Shown here: positions 19,821 through 29,094 of the stretch, piece by piece | Position numbering within the stretch: position 1 is the first letter of the stretch | Layout of the letters: every line of letters begins with the position of its first letter | Source: Candidatus Moraniibacteriota bacterium | GTDB taxonomy: Bacteria; Patescibacteriota; Minisyncoccia; Moranbacterales; UBA1568 | Assembly (NCBI GenBank): GCA_037133435.1 | Contig: JBAXOD010000001.1 | Span: 30,979 to 94,978 of the forward strand | DNA: 64,000 nt | Reading direction: 5' to 3' | Position numbers and translations under genes: made by a program | Notes under the pieces: generated by a model | Told to the model about the DNA's origin: nothing | Seen by the model: only the letters and a program-made list of their open reading frames with translations | Database searches by the model: none

Positions 19821-20603
19821 TTACCTGAATTTTTGAACGATGAGGAATATTCCGAATGAGGAAAGAATAAGGTATAAGACAGGGTACAGGAAAGCCGGCG
19901 CATCGAAGGTCGACGGTGTGACACGGAGGAACGAATTGACGAGTCGGAAGAGGGAGAAGAGGACGACGAAGGAAAGGAAGGGGACGCCTGTCGGCGCTCT
20001 CTTGCGTATCAGGAAGGCGGAAAGTCCGGCCAGGACGAGTGCCGCGAGGAGTTCATAGAGTTCCGTCGGGTGGACCGGATCGACGACGAAGAAATTGCCG
20101 GGGTGCGTAACGAGTTGGTGTCTATGTGCCTGACTGAGAACGGGAAAGGTCACACCCCAGGGCAGCCCCGTTTCGGTGCCGAAACAGCAGCCGTTCAGGA
20201 AACATCCGATACGCATGAGCGCGATGCTTATTCCGAGGATCGGTGTCCCGCTATCGGCGAATTTCCAGGTATCGATACGGAAGAGGCGAAGCGCCAACCA
20301 CCCGACCAGGGTCGCGAGGATGATGCCGCCGAAAAGCGAGAAACCGCTCGTGCCGAAATCGGTGATCCGATCGGGATGCGAGAGGAATGCGTCTTGGTTG
20401 ATAAGGACGTTCAGAAGCCTACCGCCGATGAACGCCGCGGCGAGCATCGCGAGAAGTGTCACGGCGACCGGTTTGGTAGGAAGACCCCGATACGATGCGA
20501 ATGCGAGGGTTCCGAAAAATCCCGTAAGCGCGGCGAGCGCCATGAAAAATCCATAGGATGATATCGCCGCTCCGGAAGGGAGATGGAAGAGAATCGGATG
20601 CAT
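19821..20603 (-). CDS. lgt: Prolipoprotein diacylglyceryl transferase
   Basis: MHPILFHLPSGAAISSYGFFMALAALTGFFG at the N-terminus. Multi-TM protein typical of Lgt. Confidence 0.8.
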   Translation of the reverse strand: MHPILFHLPSGAAISSYGFFMALAALTGFFGTLAFASYRGLPTKPVAVTLLAMLAAAFIGGRLLNVLINQDAFLSHPDRITDFGTSGFSLFGGIILATLVGWLALRLFRIDTWKFADSGTPILGISIALMRIGCFLNGCCFGTETGLPWGVTFPVLSQAHRHQLVTHPGNFFVVDPVHPTELYELLAALVLAGLSAFLIRKRAPTGVPFLSFVVLFSLFRLVNSFLRVTPSTFDAPAFLYPVLYLILSSFGIFLIVQKFR

Positions 20604-20610
20604 GGGTTCG

Positions 20611-22734
20611 CTATTGCTGTTCCACGGGAGCGTTTTTTCCGGGCTTCGGAACGGGTTTGGAAGCGTTGACGGTCGCCATGATCTTGGCTTCCCCTTTGTC
20701 GTTTTTGAAGGTGATGACGAGCGGACCCACGGCTACGTAAGAGCCGTTTTCCTCGGAGACGGTGAGCGTCAAGGTACCGTTGGCGCCCTTTTCGTTGAAC
20801 GTGGAAGTGATGACGCCGTCGGCGTAGGTGAACGGTACCTCCTTCGGGGTGCTGTCCGATGATCCGAAGGTCATGGTGCCGCCGGTATCTCCGGACGGCT
20901 TGATGGAGAGGACCATCGGCATTTCCTTGCCGATCAACTGTGAGAGATCCATCGAGAAGTCGCAGCCCGGATCGTTTTCCGAAGACCCTCCCTCTTTCGG
21001 TTTTTCCTTCATCGTCTCGGGGACGATGACGTTGTCGATCTTCATCTTCCCGTTCGGCCAGGAGCCGGACAGGTTCGAAAGCGCCGGGAAGAGATCGATG
21101 CCGAAACGGTCCTTCAGGAAAGCAGCGTACTTTTTCCGTCCTTCCGGACCCGAGAACCACATCCGTGCGCCCTGTACGACGTCATCGACCGCCACGGCCT
21201 TGTCCATCAAGAGGCCGTTCTTGTCGGAAAGTTGGAAACGACCCGTGTCCTTCATCATCTTCTGCGCGAAGTGATAGAGTACGTCGAGCTTGTTCTCGTA
21301 GTCGAGTCCCTTGTCGAGCCCGGTCGGTCCGAGCGTCGAGTCGAAGAAGTCGGCCTTCTTGTACGCGTCGACGAGCAGTCGAAGCCGCGCGGCTTCATCC
21401 TCGAAGGCCTTCTCCTTCTCTGCACGGAGCGTAAACTGTTTTCGGTATGATTCCTTGACACTGTCCCGGATCGCGTCGGCCTGACGGTCGGAGAGCGGCG
21501 TTAAGCCGGCCTCGGAGCGTACGGCGTTCTCCCGATTCACGGCCTCGAGTTCCAGCTGTCGACGTATGCCGCGCATCTGGTCCCAGACCGAGTTGAAGTC
21601 GCCCGGATCGACATTGTACCCGTAGAAGGTCGCGTTCGCTCCTTTCTGATAGGCGTAGTAGGCCGCTTCGACCTCGTCGTTCTTCCAACTGTCGATCTTT
21701 CCCTGTACGACCTCCACGGCGATCTTGCCGGCGGTCGTGATGAGGAATTGGTCCGCTATTTTCTCGCCGATGATCTTCGCCGCATCCTTATACTGTCCTT
21801 CCGCGGCGTATCCGGCGGCCTTGGAGACGGCCTCGACCGTATCGGTCCCTTCGGTCAGATTCTTGAGACCTTCCTGCCAGGCGGATGCCGGGACGAGTTC
21901 GGCGATCTTCGATCCCGCGAGGACCGCGATCTTCTGGCTCATGTCGGTCATGTCACCGGAGGTATACGAGTCATGGATTTCCTTGTAGGCGTCGTTCTTG
22001 AGCATCTCGGCGAGGACTTTTCCCTTCACGGATTCGTCGGAGATGCCCATCTTTTGGAGCATCAGATCGACGATCTTGCCGGAAACCTCGTCGGAAACGT
22101 TGTTGAGCCCGTCACGGATCTGACTGTCGACGGTCTGTGAATGGATCCATTTCTCGGTGATGACGGTATCGTCCTTGATCTTGGTCAGTCCGAACAGCGA
22201 GAAATGATACGTGCCGAACGTGACGAGACCCTTGTCCTTGTCTATCGAGATCGGTTTGACATATTCCCACGTCGTCCCGTCGTAGTACGCGACACGGAGT
22301 TCGGACATATCCTGGTCGACCGGAAGGGCCGATGGGTCGAAATGAAACGAGACGGTCGCCTGCTCGTTGAGACGAGACGGTTGCCCGGCCGAGATTTCTA
22401 CGGGTGCGCCTATGGTATCGATCTCACTCCCCACATATCCCGGGACGGATCCCGGCGTGACGATGGAGAGATCGCGGTCGGCATCGAATGAGCCTTTGGG
22501 AACCAAAACGGAAGCCTTGTTCGTATCAAGATCTCCCAAGACAAGATCCTTGTCCGCGCCACTCGTGCCGGATATCGGTTCGGCGATGGTCTTGTCGTAC
22601 TTCCAGGCCGTCAAATCCGCCTTTCTCACTTCTCCCGGGGAATTTACAGGTTTCGACTTGAAGAAGAAAAACCATCCGATGATCCCCGCGACGACGACCG
22701 CTCCCGCTATCCCGAAAAGTACGCGACTTTTCAT
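20611..22734 (-). CDS. Large membrane-anchored extracytoplasmic protein of unknown function (~708 aa)
   Basis: Single N-terminal TM (MKSRVLFGIAGAVVVAGIIGWFFFF), then a long soluble region with no recognised motif. The ORF track extends to 22860. Start placed at the internal Met preceding the TM. Confidence 0.5.
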   Translation of the reverse strand: MKSRVLFGIAGAVVVAGIIGWFFFFKSKPVNSPGEVRKADLTAWKYDKTIAEPISGTSGADKDLVLGDLDTNKASVLVPKGSFDADRDLSIVTPGSVPGYVGSEIDTIGAPVEISAGQPSRLNEQATVSFHFDPSALPVDQDMSELRVAYYDGTTWEYVKPISIDKDKGLVTFGTYHFSLFGLTKIKDDTVITEKWIHSQTVDSQIRDGLNNVSDEVSGKIVDLMLQKMGISDESVKGKVLAEMLKNDAYKEIHDSYTSGDMTDMSQKIAVLAGSKIAELVPASAWQEGLKNLTEGTDTVEAVSKAAGYAAEGQYKDAAKIIGEKIADQFLITTAGKIAVEVVQGKIDSWKNDEVEAAYYAYQKGANATFYGYNVDPGDFNSVWDQMRGIRRQLELEAVNRENAVRSEAGLTPLSDRQADAIRDSVKESYRKQFTLRAEKEKAFEDEAARLRLLVDAYKKADFFDSTLGPTGLDKGLDYENKLDVLYHFAQKMMKDTGRFQLSDKNGLLMDKAVAVDDVVQGARMWFSGPEGRKKYAAFLKDRFGIDLFPALSNLSGSWPNGKMKIDNVIVPETMKEKPKEGGSSENDPGCDFSMDLSQLIGKEMPMVLSIKPSGDTGGTMTFGSSDSTPKEVPFTYADGVITSTFNEKGANGTLTLTVSEENGSYVAVGPLVITFKNDKGEAKIMATVNASKPVPKPGKNAPVEQQ

Positions 22735-22743
22735 ATGTCGGTG

Positions 22744-22757
22744 ATTATTCGAATAAT
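22744..22757. promoter_or_regulatory. Fur-family box-like perfect palindrome in a divergent promoter region
   Basis: ATTATTCGAATAAT, a 14 nt perfect inverted repeat resembling 7-1-7 Fur/Zur/PerR boxes. It lies between the large surface protein gene and the fur-family gene. Confidence 0.5.
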
Positions 22758-22889
22758 GCTCCTTGTGGTCATTATAGGACGCTCCGTACGGAAAGCAAAG
22801 AAGAGTACTGTTGAGCGGCATCAAAATGATGATGGATATGGTAACGCCACCATGTTGCAATAACTTCCGATGCGGTTTAGTATGCCGGT

Positions 22890-23312
22890 ATGGCCATATC
22901 GGAACTGGAACAAAAAATACGTGAGCGAAATGGGCGAATGACCAGGGTCAGAAAGGCGATTTTGGAGATTTTTCGTCTGGCCAAGGATCCGATGACGGCG
23001 TCTCGCATCATGGAAACGCTTTCCAAACGTCGGATTACGGCCAACCGGACGACGATCTATCGGGAACTCGCCTTCCTGAACGAAGTCGGCATCACTCGGG
23101 AAGTGCATATCACCGGCCGGGGACGGTCTTTCGAACTGAAAGACGGGCACCGGCACCACCTGATCTGTCTTTCATGTGACACCGTGAAGTCCATCCCGTT
23201 CGATGAGCATCTCGACGACGAGGAAAAGCGATTACTCCGAGATGAGCGGTTCCGGGTGCTCGATCATTCGCTTGAGTTTTATGGGCTGTGTGAGAAGTGC
23301 GTAAAACCGTAA
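22890..23312 (+). CDS. Fur-family metalloregulator (Fur/Zur/PerR type not resolved)
   Basis: DNA-binding helix RITANRTTIYRELAFLNEVGI, HHLICLSCDTV and a C-terminal CEKC metal site. Confidence 0.8.
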   Translation: MAISELEQKIRERNGRMTRVRKAILEIFRLAKDPMTASRIMETLSKRRITANRTTIYRELAFLNEVGITREVHITGRGRSFELKDGHRHHLICLSCDTVKSIPFDEHLDDEEKRLLRDERFRVLDHSLEFYGLCEKCVKP

Positions 23313-23321
23313 CGTTCCATT

Positions 23322-24242
23322 ATGTACGACCTGTTCCTGAACGCCCTTTTCGAAAGCGCGAAAACGATCCCATTGCTCCTGATCGTCTATATCGGTATCG
23401 AACTCGCGGAAGGTGCGTTCACGCGGAAAATCGTGGAAAAGATCGAACGGTCCGGTCCGGCCGGTCCGGCGGTCGGCGCTCTCGCCGGCATCGTCCCACA
23501 GTGCGGTTTTTCCGTTTTCGCGTCGGCCTTGTACGTGCAACGACTCGTGACCATCGGGACATTGATGGCAGTGTATCTGTCGACGTCCGACGAGGCTTTG
23601 CCGGTCATTCTTTCTCATCCGGAGCGGATCGGAATCATCGTGCCGTTCATCGCGACCAAAATAGTGATCGCGCTCATATTCGGGTACTCGCTCGATCTGG
23701 TGTATCGGAAAGACCGGAAACGGATCCTCACCCATGCCGAGGCCTATGATCACGGGCATGACGATCCCCTGCATACGCACCGCGACGTCTTGCAGGAACA
23801 CGCCTGTTGCGGTCATCATGTGGAAGAACCGAAACGGGGATTCGACGCAAAGACGATATTTTTTCATCCGTTGAATCACGCCCTGAAGATATTTTTCTAC
23901 ATCTTTCTCGTCACTTTTGCCATAAACGCGGCTTTTTTCCTGTTCGGAGACGCCGCCTTGTCGGAAATGCTCCGGCAAAGCGGCCCGTTTCAGCCGTTCG
24001 TGGCGGCGCTGTTCGGACTCATTCCGAACTGTGCGGTTTCGGTCGGTATCACCGAACTCTATCTGCGAGGTATCCTGACGTACGGTTCGACGATCGCGGG
24101 ACTCTGTGCCAGCGGGGGACTGGGCATCCTGGTGCTTTTCAAGGAAGAGAAAAACAAATGGGACGCCGTGAAAATTGTCGCCATTCTTTTCGCCTCGAGC
24201 GTCTCCGCAGGACTTTTCGTGCAGTATTTCCTGCGATGGTGA
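23322..24242 (+). CDS. Two-repeat integral membrane permease with conserved Cys in each repeat, putative metal transporter
   Basis: Internal duplication: GIVPQCGFSVFASALY in the first half and GLIPNCAVSVGITELY in the second. It is immediately downstream of the fur-family gene, on the same strand. Confidence 0.45.
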   Translation: MYDLFLNALFESAKTIPLLLIVYIGIELAEGAFTRKIVEKIERSGPAGPAVGALAGIVPQCGFSVFASALYVQRLVTIGTLMAVYLSTSDEALPVILSHPERIGIIVPFIATKIVIALIFGYSLDLVYRKDRKRILTHAEAYDHGHDDPLHTHRDVLQEHACCGHHVEEPKRGFDAKTIFFHPLNHALKIFFYIFLVTFAINAAFFLFGDAALSEMLRQSGPFQPFVAALFGLIPNCAVSVGITELYLRGILTYGSTIAGLCASGGLGILVLFKEEKNKWDAVKIVAILFASSVSAGLFVQYFLRW

Positions 24243-24274
24243 ATGTGATCGGTTTTTATTCCGACTTTTACAGG

Positions 24275-25000
24275 TCATCGCAGACTATTCCAATGCGACA
24301 TGAATATGCTCGTGAGTGTGGTGTGGATCTTGTTACTCTCGATGACGACGCCTGTCATCTCCTCCCAGGAGAGGATGGCAACGTGACGGGTGCCGAAGAG
24401 GAGAATATCGGATTCGATGGTCTTCCCTCCCGAAGCGTCTATCTTGGTGCGGTGGAAATCCTCGCGATCTTTCAGATGATAGCGTCTGGTTTCAGGCAGA
24501 TCGGGAATGATGACGTCGGTATAGATATGTTTCTCCTTCCGCCGCGGTCGATAGTACTCGTCGAACCACGACTCTTCCGTACGGAACGATCCGGCGGACA
24601 GCCAGCCCCGAATAGGCGTGTTTGTATACAGGAGTGTTTCCTTATAGAGATCCTTCATTCCCTCGAGACCCTCGAAATATAAAATCTTCGGTTTTCGGTC
24701 GATCAGGTTTGATATGGCGAGAAGCGAGGGAAGGATTGATTCCGCCGTCCGCTCGGCTTCCAAAGCGAGTTCCTTGAGTCGTCTCGGGTCTTCTGCGAGG
24801 TAGAGGACCTTTTTTCGGTTCTTGGTCGTCTTGATAAGACCCCGTTCCCGGAGGGACTCGATGATGCCGTAGACGGTGGTCCGCTTGAGCTTCGCTTTCT
24901 GCGAGATCCGTTGGACGGATGCCTCGCCGAGTTCGAGCGCGGCAAGATAGACCTGCGCTTCGTTGGTCGAGAACCCGAGTTTTTTCAGCTGCGGAATCAT
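24275..25000 (-). CDS. TrmB-family transcriptional regulator (copy 1)
   Basis: N-terminal wHTH LGFSTNEAQVYLAALELGEASVQRISQKAKLKRTTVY. C-terminal TrmB-like effector domain. Paralogous to 58515..59246. Confidence 0.7.
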   Translation of the reverse strand: MIPQLKKLGFSTNEAQVYLAALELGEASVQRISQKAKLKRTTVYGIIESLRERGLIKTTKNRKKVLYLAEDPRRLKELALEAERTAESILPSLLAISNLIDRKPKILYFEGLEGMKDLYKETLLYTNTPIRGWLSAGSFRTEESWFDEYYRPRRKEKHIYTDVIIPDLPETRRYHLKDREDFHRTKIDASGGKTIESDILLFGTRHVAILSWEEMTGVVIESNKIHTTLTSIFMSHWNSLR

Positions 25001-25021
25001 ACTGATATTCTGTCGTCAAAA

Positions 25022-25045
25022 GTCGACAAAATAATGATAGCATAT
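25022..25045. promoter_or_regulatory. Conserved operator-like motif shared by both TrmB-like/methyltransferase divergent intergenic regions
   Basis: gtcgacaaaataatgatagcatat here, compared with gcgacaaaataagtatagcatat at 59281-59303. About 21 of 23 positions are identical. Confidence 0.45.
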
Positions 25046-25207
25046 TTATCATAAATAATCAATCTATTAAGCAAATATATTACATTCAACATATCGATTG
25101 ATTAAAAAACAAATTAAATTATACGAAATATCAGACAAAGAGAATATGATACCGGCAGTTGTTTAAAGGAATATCATATTCAAGTACGAAGCAATCGGAG
25201 GTGTGTT

Positions 25208-25939
25208 ATGACGACATTCGGTAATCAATTGGATTTTTGGGGTCATCGTGAAAATCCGAGACTGGTAGGGGATTTCATCAACCGTCCGGCGGTAATCCGC
25301 ATGATAGGCGATGTGAATGGAAAAAGTATCCTTGAGGCGGGATGCGGGAGCGGATATTTCGCGTCATTGCTGGCACGAAAAGGAGGGATCGTGTGTGGTA
25401 TCGATAAGGATACGAACATTTTGTGCGAGGCGGAACGTTCAAACGCCTTCGGAATACGGTATCAGCCGGGAAATATCGAACGGCTGCCGTATGATGATGG
25501 TTCCTTCGACGTCGTCAGCTTGACGAGCGTACTTATGTACAATGATGCGGAAGTCATGAAGGAGGCGTATGCGCAGGCATGGAAGGTGACGAAACCCGAT
25601 GGCCGGGTCGTTGTTTCCGTACCGCATCCGAACCTCTATCTTTCGGGAAGCGTGGCACGGGATGAGGAAGATTCCTGGCTGAAGCTCAAGCTCCACGGGA
25701 TATCACCGGAAGGGACCGAAGTGTTTACGCAGGAATATTTCGACATCGACGGAAACAGTACGGTTCTCGATGTCTACAGCCATACGATCGATGATTATGT
25801 GAATTGCGGGTTGCATGCCGGAATGTCGCTCCTTCGGATGGAAAGCGTGAAATTTCCGGAAGAGCTGATAAAAAAATCTATCGGATGGGGAAGATCATGT
25901 GGCTATGACGCGTATCTTCTGTTGGAGTTCGGTGCGTAG
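25208..25939 (+). CDS. Class I SAM-dependent methyltransferase (copy 1)
   Basis: Motif I ILEAGCGSGYF and an acidic loop GIDKD. Transcribed divergently from the TrmB-like gene. Confidence 0.7.
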   Translation: MTTFGNQLDFWGHRENPRLVGDFINRPAVIRMIGDVNGKSILEAGCGSGYFASLLARKGGIVCGIDKDTNILCEAERSNAFGIRYQPGNIERLPYDDGSFDVVSLTSVLMYNDAEVMKEAYAQAWKVTKPDGRVVVSVPHPNLYLSGSVARDEEDSWLKLKLHGISPEGTEVFTQEYFDIDGNSTVLDVYSHTIDDYVNCGLHAGMSLLRMESVKFPEELIKKSIGWGRSCGYDAYLLLEFGA

Positions 25940-25968
25940 GAGAGATTCTCTTGCCGTATGATGAGACT

Positions 25969-26003
25969 AAAAAAAGTCCGAACATCTTGTCCGGACTTTT
26001 AAA
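25969..26003. terminator. Bidirectional rho-independent terminator between convergent genes
   Basis: aaaaaagtccgaaca..tgtccggactttt. Confidence 0.6.
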
Positions 26004-26015
26004 TTTGCCCCGTTC

Positions 26016-26864
26016 TTAATTCTGGAATCGGGCGCCCGGGCCGTCCAGGTGGATCGGGAGCGGACGATCGTCGTTGAATCCGTGTTCGATCTCCTCGCCT
26101 CCAAGCCGCTGCGGGGCTGCGGGAAGGATCTCTTCCGCGTCTATCCATCCCGGCGCTTCCTGTACGCCGATGACATGGACGGTCCGGCCTTTCTCTATCG
26201 TGACCGACGGTTTGACGACGGTGTCGTTCTCGATGCGGACGTCGAGCGCATCGCCATCCGGACTTTCAAGAAGGAAACCCGAATCCACCACTTCGGATAT
26301 CGTTCCGGTCGCGAATCCGTCTTCGGGATGTCTCCAGAATTCTTCCCGTGGACGGATGATTTCCGCGTACGGGGGAAGGGCGTTTCTAAGCGCGGTATCC
26401 GAACGTTCACCGATCCGGAGCAGATGAAGGGCGGTTCCGATCATGACGACGACACCAAGCGTCGAGAGGGCTACGAACAGCGTCCGATGGCGGTACCCGT
26501 GACCGGTTTCGTGATACTCCCTGACCGCAAGCGCCACGAATATAAGGAGAAATCCTATCCACAGGAAGGGAAGCGAGCGGAAAACAGCCGGAGAAAAAAG
26601 CCGTTTCGGCGTGAAGTGAAGTATTTCCTGATCTATGGAAAAGATCGAAAACATGATAAGCGAAAGGGAAATCCCGGCAAGGATGCCGGCGAAGACGATA
26701 CCCGTCCAGACGAGCGTCTTGCGCGCCGTGAATTTCCACGAAGCTTCCGGGCGGATGCCTTCCTGTTTTATTTTTCCGAGTATCTTGTCCGAAACGGAAT
26801 CCGGCTGACGGTTGTCCATAGTGTTGCGGTTAGTGGCCGATTCCGGCCTTCTTGAGCCTGTCAT
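26016..26864 (-). CDS. Multi-TM membrane protein downstream of the ECF sigma factor, putative anti-sigma factor
   Basis: Overlaps the 3' end of the sigma factor gene. Cytoplasmic N-terminus, several TM helices and a C-terminal extracytoplasmic domain. Confidence 0.4.
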   Translation of the reverse strand: MTGSRRPESATNRNTMDNRQPDSVSDKILGKIKQEGIRPEASWKFTARKTLVWTGIVFAGILAGISLSLIMFSIFSIDQEILHFTPKRLFSPAVFRSLPFLWIGFLLIFVALAVREYHETGHGYRHRTLFVALSTLGVVVMIGTALHLLRIGERSDTALRNALPPYAEIIRPREEFWRHPEDGFATGTISEVVDSGFLLESPDGDALDVRIENDTVVKPSVTIEKGRTVHVIGVQEAPGWIDAEEILPAAPQRLGGEEIEHGFNDDRPLPIHLDGPGARFQN

Positions 26865-27492
26865 TGAGTATCTTTTTACCCCGGCTGATCAATGTCGCCA
26901 CGGTTCCCTTGGGAAGATGGAGGATATCCATGATCTCCTCGTATGATTTTTCCTCGAGAAACCGCAATATCAGGGCTTCCCGATACGTTTCCGGCAGGGA
27001 CCGGACCGCTTCGTCGATGATCGCAAGTTCGTTTTTCTGTGCCGTCTCGTTCTCGATGTCCGTCGTGGCACGCAGGATGTGCGTGAGGTCATGCTCGTCT
27101 ATGGAGACGACCGTTCTCAGTTTCCGTTTTCGCGCGGTGTCGATCGTCTGATTATGTACGATCCGATACATCCAGCTCGAGAATTTCGAATCATGATCGA
27201 AGTCGTTCAGATTCCGGTACGCCTTGATGAACGATTCCTGCAGGATATCCTCGGCATCGTCTTGGTCGAACGAGGAGATGCGATGGATGTAGCGCAGAAG
27301 CGGGGACTCGTATCGTTCCATGAGTACCCCGAAAAAATCGGCGTTTTGTTTCGCGAGCTCTATGACCTCGATGTCGGTTTGCTCGTGGTTTCCAGGTCCG
27401 TTCATGTCCGTTGTATGTTTCTCGGAAAGAGCCTGGTTCATATGAGCGTCTGTCGCATTCATACGTGATTCTTTCGGAAATGTTTTCAACAA
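26830..27492 (-). CDS. ECF-type RNA polymerase sigma-70 family factor
   Basis: Region 2 (DAEDILQESFIKAYRNL) and region 4 (YEEIMDILHLPKGTVATLISRGKKIL) are both present. Confidence 0.8.
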   Translation of the reverse strand: MLKTFPKESRMNATDAHMNQALSEKHTTDMNGPGNHEQTDIEVIELAKQNADFFGVLMERYESPLLRYIHRISSFDQDDAEDILQESFIKAYRNLNDFDHDSKFSSWMYRIVHNQTIDTARKRKLRTVVSIDEHDLTHILRATTDIENETAQKNELAIIDEAVRSLPETYREALILRFLEEKSYEEIMDILHLPKGTVATLISRGKKILNDRLKKAGIGH

Positions 27493-27496
27493 GCCC

Positions 27497-29020
27497 CTAT
27501 CCGCGGGAAAAAAGGTTCTTTCCGGTCATCGTATCCGGGATCGGGAGACCGAGCAGGGTAAGAATGGTCGGGGCGATATCCGAAAGCCCGCCGCCGTTTA
27601 CGGTTCCGTGCGCGGTCACGATGAAGGGAACGGGGTTCGTCGTATGGGCCGTGTGCGTCGCCTTGGTGATCGGATCGACATTGAGTTCGGCGTTCCCATG
27701 GTCGGCGGTGACGATGGCGATCCCTCCCGCTTCCGAGATTTTCGTGACGACGCGTCTCAGTTCCGAGTCGAGACATTCTATCGCCTCGATGATCTTCGGG
27801 ACGTTCCCGGTGTGTCCTACCATGTCAGCGTTCGCGAAATTCATGAACAGGAAATCCGTGCCGCGATCGATCGTCTCGATCGCCTTGTCGGCGACTTCGT
27901 GCGCGCGCATCTTTGGCGCCTCGTCGTGCGTTCGGACATCTTTTCGGCTTTCGACGAGTATGTCCTCTTCTCCGTCCTCGGGGAGTTCGCGCCCGCCGTT
28001 CAAGAAATACGTCGAGTGGGCGTATTTCTCGGTCTCGGCGACATGGGTCTGACAAAGACCCGCCTTCGCGATCTCGCGGCCGAGGGTCGTTTCGGGAAGT
28101 GCCGGCGGGAAGGCGACGATGGCGGGGAGGGTCTCGTCGTATTGCGTGAGGGTGACGAAACAGAGGTTTCTTTCCCGGGCGTGTTCGACGATCCGGGCGG
28201 AAAGCTGCCGTGATCGGTCGGAGCGGAAATTGAAGAACAGGACGCCATCGTTCTCTCGGATCGGATAAGACTCTCCGTTCTCATCGAGAAAAACGACCGG
28301 TTCGAGATGCTCGTCGAGCACCCCTTCCGAATAGAGTTCCGAAAGGAGCTCCGAGGGTCGGCGATCCCGGACGATCCGTGCCGCGTCGCCGTGAAAGATG
28401 GCCCGCTCGGCTTTCTCTATCCTGTCCCAGTTCTTGTCGCGATCCATGGCGTAGAAGCGTCCCGAGGCGGTGGCGATGAAACCGATGCCGAGATCGTCGA
28501 TGACCTCCTCGAGACCACGGAGATATTCCGATGCGGTTTGTGGTCCGGTATCGCGACCGTCGGTGAAGGCATGGATCGCGACTTTCGTGATTCCGGCGGC
28601 TTTCGCGGCTTCGAGGAATGCCGAAAGATGATCGATGTGACTATGAATCCCTCCGTCCGAGAGGAGACCTTTTACATGGAGAACGGAATCGTGTTTCAGG
28701 ACGTGTGAAAACAGGGTCCCGAACGCCTTGTTTTGAAGGAATTCATTTCCGGCCGCAGCTTTGGAGATGCGTACCAGGTCCGTATCCATGATGGCACCGG
28801 CACCGATGGTGATGTGACCGACTTCGCTGTTGCCCATCTGTCCGTCCGGCAATCCGACGCCTCCTTCGCTTGCCTCAAGCAGGGAATGCGGGAATTCGGC
28901 GAGAAGCGAATCGAAAAAAGGCGTATCCGCGGCCGCGATGGCGTTGTCTTTTGTTTCTTCACGATAGCCCCATCCATCGAGGATAATGAGGGCGATAGGA
29001 TGTTTTTGGTTCGTATCCAT
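27497..29020 (-). CDS. gpmI: 2,3-bisphosphoglycerate-independent phosphoglycerate mutase
   Basis: IALIILDGWG and GNSEVGHITIGAG motifs. Length fits. Start placed at MDTNQKHP. Confidence 0.85.
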   Translation of the reverse strand: MDTNQKHPIALIILDGWGYREETKDNAIAAADTPFFDSLLAEFPHSLLEASEGGVGLPDGQMGNSEVGHITIGAGAIMDTDLVRISKAAAGNEFLQNKAFGTLFSHVLKHDSVLHVKGLLSDGGIHSHIDHLSAFLEAAKAAGITKVAIHAFTDGRDTGPQTASEYLRGLEEVIDDLGIGFIATASGRFYAMDRDKNWDRIEKAERAIFHGDAARIVRDRRPSELLSELYSEGVLDEHLEPVVFLDENGESYPIRENDGVLFFNFRSDRSRQLSARIVEHARERNLCFVTLTQYDETLPAIVAFPPALPETTLGREIAKAGLCQTHVAETEKYAHSTYFLNGGRELPEDGEEDILVESRKDVRTHDEAPKMRAHEVADKAIETIDRGTDFLFMNFANADMVGHTGNVPKIIEAIECLDSELRRVVTKISEAGGIAIVTADHGNAELNVDPITKATHTAHTTNPVPFIVTAHGTVNGGGLSDIAPTILTLLGLPIPDTMTGKNLFSRG

Positions 29021-29094
29021 AAAAGAATTGCGCATAAGACCGGACTTCACTGTACACCTCATGGCGTCGTCGGACAAGTATCGAAAGCGTGAAA

